A DNA stretch of 64,000 nt from an uncultured Enterobacterales bacterium (GCA_964501915.1 CAZCVP010000003.1:19259-83258); one strand, 5' to 3'; counted from the first letter of the stretch, positions 8,155-18,040 are shown. Notes: generated from the letters alone by a model not told the origin. Numbers and translations are program-made.

Positions 8155-10944
8155 ATGCCCAAGCTCACTCGCCGTGGTTTTCTCAAGGCGGGCCTGGGGG
8201 TCTCTGCCGTCGCGGCAGGGAGCGCCCGGGCCCAGGACGACACCTCTCCGGCCCCCACGGCACCGGCAGAGGACGTCCGCGTCGACCTGTCCGTCAACGG
8301 GGAGGCCCACCGCCTGCTCGTCGACGCCGACACCACCGCCCTGGAGGTGGTCCGGGAGCACCTGGGGCTCACGGGCACCAAGCAGGCCTGCGGCCATGGA
8401 GCCTGTGGGGCCTGCGCCGTCCGCGTCGACGACACCCCGGTCTGTGCCTGCGTGCTGCCGGCGACGGCGCTGCACCGCACCGAGGTCACCACGATCGAAG
8501 GCCTCGGCACCACCGAAGCCCTGCACCCGGTCCAGGAGGCCTTCCTGTCCGAAGACGCCCTGCAGTGCGGCTTCTGCACGCCGGGCTTCGTGGTCGAGGC
8601 CACCGCCTTCTTCGATCGCTGGCGGGCCGAGCACGGGACCGCCGAGCCGACGACCGACCAGGTCGCCGACGCGCTCGCGGGCCACCTCTGCCGCTGCGGC
8701 GCCTATCCGGCCATCTACCGGGCCGTGCAGGGTGCCTGTGCCGGCCGCTTCGACGAGGGCCCGGCCGACCGGCCCCGCTACGACGGCCTGCCCAAGGTCA
8801 CCGGCGCGGCGAAGTACACCTTCGACATCCAGCTCGAAGGGCAGCTCGATGGACGCATCTTCCGCTCCACCCACGGCCACGGGATCGTCCGGAAGCTCGA
8901 CACCTCGGCGGCGGAGGCCCTCGACGGGGTGAAGGCCGTCGTCCCCCTGGCCGCGGTGGGCAACAAGGTCCGCTTCGCCGGACAGGAGCTCGTCGCCCTC
9001 GCCGCGGTGGACCACCGCACCCTCGACGCGGCCTGCGCGGCGATCGTGCTCGAGCTGGAGCCGCTGCCTGTCCTGGTCGGCTACGAGGCGGCCCTGGCAG
9101 AAGGGGCTCCGCTGATCTACCCGGAGAAGAAGCCCAACAAGGTGGCCCCCAGCGCCGCCGAGGGACCTCCTCTGCCGGCCGGCTGGCGCGGCAACCTGCG
9201 CGGTCCCCTCACCAGCTCGCTCCTGTCCCGGCCCCGGAAGGCCCGCAAGGTGCCGGCCAGGCTGGCGGAGGAGGGGCTGGTGCTCGAGCACACCCTCGAG
9301 ACCCAGGTCCAGATCCACACGGCACTGGAGACCCACGCCTGCGTGGCCCACTGGGAGTCCGCGGACCGCCTGACCGTCTACCTGTCCACCCAGAGCTGCA
9401 CGGACTCGGCCAACGACATCGCCGAGCTCTTCGGGCTGCCCCAGGAGAACGTGACGCTGCGTGCGGACTACGTCGGAGGTGGCTTCGGCGCCAAGGCCCT
9501 GGTCCAGCCCCACACCCGGGCCTGCATCGAGCTGGCCCGGTCCGCCGGGGCCCCGGTCCGCCTGGTGCTCTCCCGGGAGGAGGAGCTGGTGGTCGGCGGG
9601 CACCGTCCGGCGGAGCGCATGGACGGGCTGCTGGCCGTCGACGCCGACGGCCAGCCGGCCGCGATGAACCTCACCGCCCTGGCCGACTCCGGCGTGGCGG
9701 TCTCCAACAACATCGGCTTGCTGTGGCGCATCGCCTACCACCAGGTGCCGATGCACATCGAGGACTTCGACGTCGTCACCAACGGGCCACCGGGCAAGCC
9801 CTTCCGGGGCCCCGGCGGGCCCCAGGCCCACTGGTCCCTGGAGACCCTGATCGACGAGGCGGCCCTGGAGCTGGGAGAGGACCCGCTGGCGCTGCGCAAG
9901 CGCTGGGATCCCAACCCCCACCGCCAGCGGCTCTACGGCTGGGCCGAAGCGCTGCCGACCTGGTCCGGGCGCGGCCAGGTGGCCGCCGACACCGGTCGCT
10001 ACCGGCGCGGCGTCGGCCTCGCGGGCGCGGTGTGGTTCTACCTGGTCCAGCCCAGCACCGAGTGCCAGCTCACCGTGGGTCCCGACGGCATCGTGGTCTC
10101 CACGGCCTGCCAGGACATGGGCAACGGCTCGCGCAGCGTGCCCGCCTGGACCGCGGCCGAGGCCTTCGGCGTCACGCCCCAGGAGATCACGGTCCGCTTC
10201 GGCAACAGCCAGTACGTGACGGGCCCCCTCTCGGGCGGCTCGCGCACCACCGCGTCGCTGGCGCCGCCCGTCTGGGAGGCCTGCCAGCTCGCCATCGCCG
10301 ACCTGGTGGACTTCGCGGAGGCCCACTTCGGTCTCCAGGACGCCGCAGCGGGAGCCGGGGGGGTCCAGCACGCGGGCGGCCTGCTGGCCTGGGAGGAGGT
10401 GCTCCGCTCGGCACCGCGTCGGACCTACACGACGAAGCGGCAGCGGGACGAAGGGGGCTTCTTCATCCCCTTCGAGGTCGGCGGCTTCACCGTCGGCATG
10501 AGCATTCCCGGCGGCGTGCAGGTCACCGAGCTCACCGTCGACACCCGGCTCGGCCGGGTGGTGGTGGACAGGGTCCACCTCGGGCTGGCGGTGGGCCGCA
10601 TCCGGGTCCCGCCCCTGGCCCGCAGCCAGGTCGAGGGCGCCGTCATCCAGTCGACCAGCTACGCCCTCTACGAGGAGCGCCGGCTCGACCCCCTGACCGG
10701 CGTGAACCTCACCCACAACCTCGAGGACTACCGGCTGCTGGGCATCGGGGACACCCCGTCCATCGACGTGCACTTCGACGAGACGCCCTGGGAGCACGTG
10801 CCGAGCAAGGGCGTCGGCCTCTCCGAGCTGGCCACCATCCCCGGCCTGGCCTCGATCGCCAACGCCGTCCACCACGCCACCGGCTGGCGGCCCGAGACGA
10901 TGCCGCTGTCCATGGACCGCGTCCTGGCGGGGGTGACGACATGA
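8155..10944 (+). CDS. TAT-exported xanthine dehydrogenase/aldehyde oxidase family protein: fused 2Fe-2S subunit and molybdopterin-binding subunit
   Basis: 929-aa ORF. Twin-arginine signal: MPKLTRRGFLKAGLGVSAVAAG. 2Fe-2S motifs: CGHGACGACAV, CGFCTPGF, CRCGAY. A long aldehyde-oxidase/XDH Moco domain follows. Confidence 0.9.
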   Translation: MPKLTRRGFLKAGLGVSAVAAGSARAQDDTSPAPTAPAEDVRVDLSVNGEAHRLLVDADTTALEVVREHLGLTGTKQACGHGACGACAVRVDDTPVCACVLPATALHRTEVTTIEGLGTTEALHPVQEAFLSEDALQCGFCTPGFVVEATAFFDRWRAEHGTAEPTTDQVADALAGHLCRCGAYPAIYRAVQGACAGRFDEGPADRPRYDGLPKVTGAAKYTFDIQLEGQLDGRIFRSTHGHGIVRKLDTSAAEALDGVKAVVPLAAVGNKVRFAGQELVALAAVDHRTLDAACAAIVLELEPLPVLVGYEAALAEGAPLIYPEKKPNKVAPSAAEGPPLPAGWRGNLRGPLTSSLLSRPRKARKVPARLAEEGLVLEHTLETQVQIHTALETHACVAHWESADRLTVYLSTQSCTDSANDIAELFGLPQENVTLRADYVGGGFGAKALVQPHTRACIELARSAGAPVRLVLSREEELVVGGHRPAERMDGLLAVDADGQPAAMNLTALADSGVAVSNNIGLLWRIAYHQVPMHIEDFDVVTNGPPGKPFRGPGGPQAHWSLETLIDEAALELGEDPLALRKRWDPNPHRQRLYGWAEALPTWSGRGQVAADTGRYRRGVGLAGAVWFYLVQPSTECQLTVGPDGIVVSTACQDMGNGSRSVPAWTAAEAFGVTPQEITVRFGNSQYVTGPLSGGSRTTASLAPPVWEACQLAIADLVDFAEAHFGLQDAAAGAGGVQHAGGLLAWEEVLRSAPRRTYTTKRQRDEGGFFIPFEVGGFTVGMSIPGGVQVTELTVDTRLGRVVVDRVHLGLAVGRIRVPPLARSQVEGAVIQSTSYALYEERRLDPLTGVNLTHNLEDYRLLGIGDTPSIDVHFDETPWEHVPSKGVGLSELATIPGLASIANAVHHATGWRPETMPLSMDRVLAGVTT

Positions 10945-11876
10945 TCACCTTCCCCCGCACCATCGCCGAAGCCGCCGCCGCCACCGGGGAGCTCCGGGCC
11001 GGCGGCACCGACCTCACCCACCGCCGCCAGCGCGGGCTCGCGAGCGGCGACCTCGTGGACCTCCGCGAGTGCGCCGGCCTGAGCCTGCTGGGCTGGAAGG
11101 CCGAGGGCTTCTACACCGGAGCCCGGGTGACCGTGGCCCGGCTGGCCGCCGACGTGGACTGTCAGCGGGGCCTGCCCGGACTGGCCGCGGCGGCCGGCGG
11201 GCTGGCCACGCCGCAGCTTCGCGCCGTCGGCACCGTGGGGGGCAACCTGCTCCAGCAGGTGCGCTGCCCCTACTACCGGGCCCCGGAGCTGGTCTGCGCC
11301 CGCAAGGGGGGAGCGATGTGCCTGGCCCGCATGGGCGTGCACACCAACCACGTCATCTTCGAGCGCAGCCTGTGCGCGGCGCCCAGCGTGAGCACCCTGG
11401 CGGTGGCCCTCTCGGCCTACGACGCCCTGGTCCTCGTCGAGGGCCGGGAGCCGCTGACCCTGGACGAGCTCTACGCCAACAGCGCCGACCACACCCGCAT
11501 CTCCGTGCTGGAGCCCGGCGAGGTGCTGGTGGGTGTGGTCGTGCCGCGTCCGCCGGCCGGGGAGCGGGCCGCGACCTTCCGCAGCACCCACCGCTCGCGG
11601 GCCGAGTGGCCCGTGGTGGAGTGCACGGCCCGGATCGTCAGCGACGGCGTGGTGCGCTCGGCAGCGGTCGCCGTCGGCGCCGTGGCCCGGGTGCCCCTGA
11701 GGCTGCCCGCCGTCGAGCAGGCCCTGGTCGGCCAGGAGCCGACCGACGAGCGGCTCGCGGCGGCGGCGGCGCTCGCCACCGAAGGGGCGACACCCCTGCC
11801 GCAGACCGGCTGGAAGGTCCGGGTGCTGGCCGAGACCGTGCGCACCACCCTGGAACTGGCCCTGGGGAGGGCGTGA
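10941..11876 (+). CDS. xanthine dehydrogenase family FAD-binding subunit (CoxM/PaoB-like)
   Basis: The ATG at 10941 overlaps the upstream stop (ATGA). The product starts MITFPRTIAEAAAATGELRAGGTDL and contains LRAVGTVGGNL, typical of the FAD-binding PCMH-type medium subunit. Confidence 0.85.
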   Translation: MITFPRTIAEAAAATGELRAGGTDLTHRRQRGLASGDLVDLRECAGLSLLGWKAEGFYTGARVTVARLAADVDCQRGLPGLAAAAGGLATPQLRAVGTVGGNLLQQVRCPYYRAPELVCARKGGAMCLARMGVHTNHVIFERSLCAAPSVSTLAVALSAYDALVLVEGREPLTLDELYANSADHTRISVLEPGEVLVGVVVPRPPAGERAATFRSTHRSRAEWPVVECTARIVSDGVVRSAAVAVGAVARVPLRLPAVEQALVGQEPTDERLAAAAALATEGATPLPQTGWKVRVLAETVRTTLELALGRA

Positions 11877-12097
11877 TGGAGCTCTGTCGCTGGATGCGCT
11901 GGAAGACCTTCTACGGGCAGCTCTGGCAGACCCGGGCCGAGCTGGCGGCGATCTTCGCCACCAACGACGTGCCGTACCAGTGCCTGAAGACCTGCCAGGC
12001 CTGGGGGCCCGACGACGAGGTGGCCTCGCCGGAGTGCTGTGGTTCGCACAGGGTGTGCTTCGAGCCTTCGGCGAAGCTTCCGCGGGCGCAGTCGTAG
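11876..12097 (+). CDS. small Cys-rich hypothetical protein, translationally coupled to the XDH FAD subunit
   Basis: TGATG overlap with the upstream gene. The 73-aa product is MELCRWMRWKTFYG...PYQCLKTCQAWGPDDEVASPECCGSHRVCFE. No function is known to me. Confidence 0.5.
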   Translation: MELCRWMRWKTFYGQLWQTRAELAAIFATNDVPYQCLKTCQAWGPDDEVASPECCGSHRVCFEPSAKLPRAQS

Positions 12098-12645
12098 CGG
12101 TCCGAGGTGACGAACGTCCGCAAGTAGGACGATCGTCACCCACCTGGCCAGCAGCGGCGGTGAGGCGGGGTTCGTGAGACGTGCTCGTCCACGTGCACGT
12201 GGGACGTGAACCGCCCCTTCGATATGCGACGTGCGGGCGCAGCCCGTAGGTGTCGGAGGCAACCGAGAGAACCGCTCGGGACACCGCCAAGCCCATGCCC
12301 CACCTACTCGACGCCGGGCCGACTCGATGGCTGGGGCCGGAGGAGCAAGAGTTCCACTTGCATCTGCATCAACCTGCCGGGGGCGCGATCCCCCGAAGAC
12401 GCCTTCGCCGCGATCGGTGCGGAGATCAGCCCCCACCACGTGCCGCAGGCCGCCCCGTGGTGGGCAGCCACCCGCGGGGGTGGCCACAACAGGCATTCCC
12501 CGCTGCCCCCGTCCGAGGGGCAGCTACGGTCTGCTCGGTGCCTGGCGGCTGCGGCAGGCCAGAGTCGCAGCGACCATCCACTCGGCCTCGCCGGTGTCGG
12601 GACGACCAGGCGAACGACCTCCGACTGCTGACGTCCGAATACCGA

Positions 12646-12873
12646 CTACCGCCGAGCGGCCAGGAGCTCGCTCAGTGCCTCCTCAGCCTCTTCCTTCGGG
12701 AAACGGCTCCGCAGCATCTCGAAGCGGGAGCGCTGGTCCGCCACGGAGTCAACTGCCGCAGCTCGTGTCAGTGCGTACACCACGTACTGATTCATCGACA
12801 CACCTTCAGCCTCTGCCCGACGGCGGAGCTCATCGTGCAGGGACTCAGGCAGTCTCAAGGTCACGCGGGCCAT
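12646..12873 (-). CDS. HicB-like / ribbon-helix-helix antitoxin
   Basis: 75 aa: MARVTLRLPESLHDELRRRAEAEGVSMNQYVVYALT matches the RHH 'HicB family antitoxin' pattern. It overlaps the stop of the PIN gene by 13 nt. Confidence 0.75.
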   Translation of the reverse strand: MARVTLRLPESLHDELRRRAEAEGVSMNQYVVYALTRAAAVDSVADQRSRFEMLRSRFPKEEAEEALSELLAARR

Positions 12874-13289
12874 CCGGGCACCTCCTGATCAAGATCTTCA
12901 AGAAACTCATCCGGGGTCCGCACAACGATCCCCAGGCTCGCGCCAGCGGCCTTCAGGTCCTTCAGATTCCGAGTCACCACCACGGCCCCTGAGTTGTACG
13001 CCGCTTCCAGCACGAAGTCGTCGTCCGGGTCCGGGGACGCTGGCCTCACCCGGTAGTGGATCGGCACGAACTGCGCTCGGTCCAGCAGTGCTTGAAGGGC
13101 CTTCAGGGCCGCCGGGCCCTTCTTTGCTCCCAACTTGTTGGTCAGCACCTCCTCGTACTCGAGGGCCAGCGCTGTGGACACGCAGGGCACAAATCGCCGC
13201 TCGACCCAGGCGTCCATGACCTGGCTCGCTGCTGACAGCGATGTGAGACCCTCGAAGACCACGTTGGTGTCAACCACGGCGCGAATCAT
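12861..13289 (-). CDS. PIN-domain toxin (TIGR00305-like putative TA toxin component)
   Basis: I placed the start at MIRAVVDTNVV. PIN acidic motifs: VVDTNV, ALEYEEVL, DPDDDFVLEAAYNSGAVVVTRNLKDL. Confidence 0.8.
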   Translation of the reverse strand: MIRAVVDTNVVFEGLTSLSAASQVMDAWVERRFVPCVSTALALEYEEVLTNKLGAKKGPAALKALQALLDRAQFVPIHYRVRPASPDPDDDFVLEAAYNSGAVVVTRNLKDLKAAGASLGIVVRTPDEFLEDLDQEVPGWPA

Positions 13290-13374
13290 GACGTCATTAT
13301 AGCACCGCATACGGTGTCACTCATCCAGTACATTGGACGGGTCACCAGCCCAGTCGGGCCACAACCAGGTCACA

Positions 13375-14004
13375 TCACCCGCACCGCTTCTTCACCTCCG
13401 AGCCCGTCCACTCCACGCTGCTGACGACCAGGCACCAGGAGTCGGCCATCGCCTCGTCCCGGACGGCGATGAAGCGTTCCGCCCTCGACTCATCCTTGGT
13501 GACCAGCGCACCATCCAGGGTTGGCATGCGACCGCCTTTCCCGACCCACGCCGCCGCCTGCCGGCAGTCTCCAGACCTGCTGGTCACCAGGATGTCTCCG
13601 CGGATCCGGAGGACATCGTCGAAGTTCAGTTCCTCGGGGAGCCATGCGTAGAAGCGCGGGTCGCCGAAGCCGCGATCCCCCGCGATGATCACCCGGACGC
13701 CGGCCGGCACGGCATCGCCAAACCGGAGGAGCAACTCGTCCTCGATGTCATTCCACTTGTCGACGAGCCCCTTGACGGCCGCCAGACCGCGCCCGATGGC
13801 GTGGATGCTGAGCGCCGCGCTCTGGAGAGTCCCAGTCGTGGCGTTGGCGAGCGAAGCCACCCTGGCGGCGTGCATGTCCTGGCCGAAGAGCTCATCTACG
13901 AAGGCATGAGCCGGCTTGGGGGCCACCACCGGCTTCTCTCGCCGCCTTCGGCTTCGCTGCTGCCGCCTGCTCGTGCTCTTCTTCCGCTTCTTGCTGCTCG
14001 CCAT
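13375..14004 (-). mobile_element. IS4-family DDE transposase gene, apparently truncated (N-terminal part only)
   Basis: The product is MASSKKRKKSTSRRQQ...VASLANATTGTLQSAALSIHAIGRGLA...VIIAGDRGFGD. This resembles the N-terminal region and first catalytic Asp block of IS4-type transposases. The ORF ends after about 210 aa, and I found no terminal inverted repeats. Confidence 0.55.
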
Positions 14005-14184
14005 CGACCACCTCCCGGGACAGGTCGATGGGTTCCCATTGACCGCTACCAGATCCACAAGGACGGTCGTCCGAGGCGCTCAGAAGACGAGGGGATCACT
14101 CAGGACGAGCACCCGCCGGGGGACTGGGGGAGCTCGACGACGCCGGGACGCGAGGAACCCCGGTCCGGGGTTCACCGCACGCTG

Positions 14185-14742
14185 CTAGGACGGCCAACAC
14201 CTCCGGTGGTGGTCGACGATCTGGCGCGCCGACTCGAGCCACTCCGTGGGCAGGTCGGGCAGCGGCGTGTCCTCGCCGAACACCCGGTCCGCGAACGGCC
14301 CCTCGGCGCTCAGCAGCCCGGCCGTGATCTCCTCGGGGAAGAAGGTCCGGGCCTCGGGATGGCCGAGGCGGGCCGCCGTGGCGATCGAGGCGATGGCCAC
14401 CAGGTAGACCTGTCGCTCGGCGGTGTTCTCGGGGTCCGGCCCGGCGTCCAGGTAGAGGTTGGAAAAGCGCTCCCGGCCCCAGAGGTAGAGCGCCGGTGCA
14501 TGGCCCGCGTCGGCGGCCTCGCGGACGGCCTGGAGCCCCCACAGGTAGTCCCAGCCCACCGGGTGCTCGCCGACCATCGACGCCGCGATGAGCGCCTCCC
14601 CCTCCGCCAGCCGAGCGACGGGGTCCGGCGCGCCCCGCGGGCAGTCCGGCGGCAGCGCGGGGCCCACCACAGGAGGAGCCTCGGCCCGGGCCGCACAGGC
14701 GACCAGCAGACCGAGGGCGGGACCCGCCAGCAGACGTGACAT
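14185..14742 (-). CDS. hypothetical lipoprotein
   Basis: 185-aa ORF with MSRLLAGPALGLLVAC (lipobox). No recognised domain. Confidence 0.5.
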   Translation of the reverse strand: MSRLLAGPALGLLVACAARAEAPPVVGPALPPDCPRGAPDPVARLAEGEALIAASMVGEHPVGWDYLWGLQAVREAADAGHAPALYLWGRERFSNLYLDAGPDPENTAERQVYLVAIASIATAARLGHPEARTFFPEEITAGLLSAEGPFADRVFGEDTPLPDLPTEWLESARQIVDHHRRCWPS

Positions 14743-14791
14743 CGCGGCATCCTACCGCCACTTGCGCACCCCGACCGACACGGCCCGTCTC

Positions 14792-15010
14792 TCACCCCAC
14801 GCGATCGAAGGCCACGAGCCGCCGCCGGTCATCGGTCACGAGCCGAAAGGTGCCGAACACCCCGCTCGGCGTCACGTGCCGGCGCAACGCAGCAGCAGGG
14901 AAGGTGACGGTGCGGCCATCCACGCTCTCCGCGTGGACCTGTTGCGCCTCCCCCCGGTAGTACCTGAGCACCTCGTCCCGGGTCAGCCGGAGTCGCAGGG
15001 TGAGGGTCAT
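14792..15010 (-). CDS. DUF2835-like small protein
   Basis: 72 aa with the pattern ...LRYYRGEAQQVHAESVDGRTVTFPAAALRRHVTPSGVFGTFRL, which I recall for DUF2835. Confidence 0.55.
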   Translation of the reverse strand: MTLTLRLRLTRDEVLRYYRGEAQQVHAESVDGRTVTFPAAALRRHVTPSGVFGTFRLVTDDRRRLVAFDRVG

Positions 15011-15141
15011 GCCCCTCTGTCGGCCGGCCGGATCCGGTCCTTGAGGATCTCCACGCCGGCCCTGTGAGACCGAAACAGACGTTGGAGCGGCCCCGGAGGC
15101 CCGATCGGAATAGGAGCCGGTGTTCCGACACGGAGGTCCAC

Positions 15142-16815
15142 ATGGCCGGCATCAGCAACGACCAGCTCCTGCTTCAGCGCTTCTACAACCACGCCAAGAC
15201 CCGCCCCGGTGCGGTCTACATGCACCAGCCCCACGACGGCGGCCAGGTCACCACCTACTCCTGGGGCCAGGTGCTCGACCACGCCAGCCGCATGGCGAAC
15301 CACCTCAAGGGCCTGGAGCTGGAGCCCCAGTCCCACGTCGCGATCATCTCCAAGAACTGTGCCCAGTTCATCATCGCCGACCTCGCCATCTGGATGGCCG
15401 GCCACGTCTCGGTCGCCCTCTACCCGACCCTGAACGAGGAGACGGTGGCCTACATCCTCGACCACAGCGACGCGAAGCTGGTCTTCGTCGGCAAGCTCGA
15501 CACCTGGGACGAGGTCAAGAAGGGCGTGCCCGCCGACCTGCCCGCCATCGCCTTCCCCCAGGCCCCGCCCACCGACTACACCAAGTGGGACGACATCATC
15601 GCCAGCACCGAGCCCATCGAGGGCCAGCCGGTGCGCGACGCCGACGACCAGGCCCTGATCATCTACACCTCCGGCAGCACCGGTCAGCCCAAGGGCGTCA
15701 TCCACAGCTTCCGCACGATCACCACCCCCACGGTCGGCCTGGCGGAGATGCTGAACGTCAACCCGACGGACCGCACCCTGTCGTACCTGCCCCTGGCCCA
15801 CGGCATGGACCGCTGGCTGTCCGAGTGCCTCTCGCTCTACGCCGGCGGCCAGATCTTCTTCGCCGAGAGCCTCAAGACCTTCGTGAAGGACCTCGCCCGG
15901 GCCCGCCCGACGCTGTTCGCCTCCGTGCCGCGGCTCTGGCTCAAGTTCCAGCTCGGCGTCTTCGCCAAGATGCCCAAGAAGAAGCTCGACACCTTCCTCA
16001 AGATCCCGATCCTCTCCGGCATCGTGAAGAAGAAGATCCTCGGCAACCTCGGGCTGGACTGCGTGCGCTTCGCCGGCAGCGGCTCGGCGCCGATCCCCGC
16101 CGAGCTGCTCGCCTGGTACCGCAACCTCGGCCTCGAGCTGCTCGAGGGCTACGGCATGAGCGAGAACTTCAACTACAGCCACATCACGATGCCCGGCAAG
16201 GGCCGCCCCGGCTACATCGGCCATCCCTACGCCGACGTCGACTGCCGGCTGTCCGAGTCCGGCGAGATCGAGGTCAAGAGCCCCGGCACGATGGTCGGCT
16301 ACTACAAGGCCGACGACAAGACCGCCAAGGTGATGACCCCCGACGGCTACCTCAAGACCGGTGACCGCGGCGAGATCGACGACACCGGCCGCCTCCGCAT
16401 CACCGGCCGGGTGAAGGAGCTCTTCAAGACCTCCAAGGGCAAGTACGTCGCCCCGGCCCCGATCGAGAACCTGATCAACATCGACACCAACGTCGAGCTC
16501 TCCCTGGTGGCCGGCAACGGCCAGCCCGCCACCCACGCGGTCGTGCAGCTCGCCGAGGACCTGCTGCCGAAGCTCAAGGACGCGGCGGTCAAGGACCAGG
16601 TCACCAAGGCGCTGGAGGGCCTGCTCGATGACGTCAACGACAAGATCGAGGCCTTCGAGAAGCTCGGCTTCATCGTGGTCGCCAAGCAGCCCTGGACCAT
16701 CGAAGCCGGCCAGCTCACCCCCACCATGAAGATCCGCCGCGGCGCCATCGAGAGCCTCTACGCGGACAACATGGAGGAGTGGTACGGCAAGGGCCAGAAG
16801 GTGATCTGGGAGTAG
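15142..16815 (+). CDS. AMP-dependent synthetase/ligase (long-chain acyl-CoA synthetase-like)
   Basis: The ATG at 15142 is preceded by GGAGG. AMP-binding motifs: IIYTSGSTGQPKGV, GYGMSE, TGDRGEIDDTGRLRITGRVKELFKTSKGKYVAP. Confidence 0.9.
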   Translation: MAGISNDQLLLQRFYNHAKTRPGAVYMHQPHDGGQVTTYSWGQVLDHASRMANHLKGLELEPQSHVAIISKNCAQFIIADLAIWMAGHVSVALYPTLNEETVAYILDHSDAKLVFVGKLDTWDEVKKGVPADLPAIAFPQAPPTDYTKWDDIIASTEPIEGQPVRDADDQALIIYTSGSTGQPKGVIHSFRTITTPTVGLAEMLNVNPTDRTLSYLPLAHGMDRWLSECLSLYAGGQIFFAESLKTFVKDLARARPTLFASVPRLWLKFQLGVFAKMPKKKLDTFLKIPILSGIVKKKILGNLGLDCVRFAGSGSAPIPAELLAWYRNLGLELLEGYGMSENFNYSHITMPGKGRPGYIGHPYADVDCRLSESGEIEVKSPGTMVGYYKADDKTAKVMTPDGYLKTGDRGEIDDTGRLRITGRVKELFKTSKGKYVAPAPIENLINIDTNVELSLVAGNGQPATHAVVQLAEDLLPKLKDAAVKDQVTKALEGLLDDVNDKIEAFEKLGFIVVAKQPWTIEAGQLTPTMKIRRGAIESLYADNMEEWYGKGQKVIWE

Positions 16816-16825
16816 GGTCCGCCGC

Positions 16826-17245
16826 TCAGGCCTCGGCCACCTCGCGAAGCGGACCGGGAACGTCTCCCAGGGCTCCGATCAGCTCCACCAGCCCCTGGAG
16901 ACCTGCGGCCTGCCGGTCGTACTCCCAGCGCAGCAGGGCCAGGTGCCGGGCCAGCGCCGGCTCCAGCGTGGGGGGGATCTGTGCGAGAGCCTCGGCCCCG
17001 GCTCGCGCCAGCGCCGACCAGACCGCCGCGACGTCCTCCCAGTCCAGCAGCAGATCCTCCAGGAGCCCACACACGACCTCCGGCTCCACCCCGGCCGCGG
17101 CCGGGTCGGTGAGCACCTCCCCGAGGTCTCTCACCTGGCGCCAGAACTCCCCCGCGACGGCCAGGTAGCGCTTCAGGGCCTCGTCGAAGGCCTCGAAGCA
17201 CGACGTGGACAAGACGGCCAGGGCATCTCGGAGCGGATCACGCAC
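16826..17245 (-). CDS. hypothetical protein
   Basis: 139-aa acidic/helical ORF, convergent with the acyl-CoA synthetase gene. No recognisable motif. Confidence 0.4.
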   Translation of the reverse strand: MRDPLRDALAVLSTSCFEAFDEALKRYLAVAGEFWRQVRDLGEVLTDPAAAGVEPEVVCGLLEDLLLDWEDVAAVWSALARAGAEALAQIPPTLEPALARHLALLRWEYDRQAAGLQGLVELIGALGDVPGPLREVAEA

Positions 17246-17305
17246 GCGAACCTCGGTGGACAGGTCGACTACGTCGCCGGGCCCTTGCGCATTTCACCCG
17301 GGCAG

Positions 17306-18040
17306 TCAGTCCCCGAGGGCCAGCCACCAGTCGACGAGCTCCGAGGCCTCCTGGGCGCTGACGCCGTGTCCGCCGGGGTAGATGCGCACCTCCGGTGCCG
17401 GGTAGCCCGCCGCCTCCACGGCCTCTGCGTGGCCGTAGATCTCCTCCGGTGTGCGCAGGGTGTCGTCCTCGCCGGTGGAGAACCAGCCCGCTGTGCGGTT
17501 GTCCCCCATGCCGGTCGGGAACACGCCCCCGTGGAGGGAGGCATAGGCGATGAAGCGGTCGTCGTTGGTGGCCATGTAGGGCGCGCTGCTGGCCCCTCCG
17601 GAGAACCCGGTCCCCAGCACCCGGCCCTCGTCGATGTCCAGGCCGAGCGCCTCCGCCTCGTCCAGCAGCGCCAGGGTGTGGAGCATGTCCTCGGTGACCT
17701 CGCCGGCGTCGCCCACCTCCCAGGTCCACTCCCCGCTGGGGGACTGGCGAGAGTCCGGGGCGACGATCGCGAAGGACTGCTCGGCGGCGAGCTGCCGGAA
17801 TTGCACGACCTGCTGCGCCCCGTCGCCACCGGTGCCGTGGTAGCCGACCAGCACCGGCAGCGGACCCAGGTTCCAGCCCTCCGGCAGGTAGTAGGAGCCC
17901 GTGCGGCCGGCGGAATTGGTGGTCTCGAAGGTCCCCTCGAGCGCGGGCTCAGGGTCCGGCTCGGCGAAGGCCGTGTCCTCCGTCGCCGTGTCCTCCGGGG
18001 CCGGACAGCCGATGAAGGCCAGCAGTGCGAGGGTGGTCAT
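17306..18040 (-). CDS. alpha/beta-hydrolase (esterase/PHB-depolymerase-like) lipoprotein
   Basis: MTTLALLAFIGC lipobox. Nucleophile elbow GFSGG, plus LVGYHGTGGDG and a C-terminal ...YPGGHG block. Confidence 0.7.
   Translation of the reverse strand: MTTLALLAFIGCPAPEDTATEDTAFAEPDPEPALEGTFETTNSAGRTGSYYLPEGWNLGPLPVLVGYHGTGGDGAQQVVQFRQLAAEQSFAIVAPDSRQSPSGEWTWEVGDAGEVTEDMLHTLALLDEAEALGLDIDEGRVLGTGFSGGASSAPYMATNDDRFIAYASLHGGVFPTGMGDNRTAGWFSTGEDDTLRTPEEIYGHAEAVEAAGYPAPEVRIYPGGHGVSAQEASELVDWWLALGD

Noticed and set aside
8080-10875. 931-aa minus-strand ORF, and the N-terminal about 790 codons of the 8565-11876 plus-strand ORF, both overlapping the molybdoenzyme gene
   Set aside because: Both are Arg/Pro/Gly-rich with no motifs. 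The 8155-10944 frame has a TAT signal plus 2Fe-2S and Moco motifs. Only the last 311 codons of the 8565-11876 ORF, from the ATG at 10941, look like a real protein (the FAD subunit).
12098-12645. About 550-bp stretch with no assigned gene, examined for a tRNA, an integrase remnant or an att site
   Set aside because: I could identify no cloverleaf-compatible sequence, no recognisable protein motif in any frame, and no clear repeats. It is left unannotated and mentioned only as part of the accessory islet.
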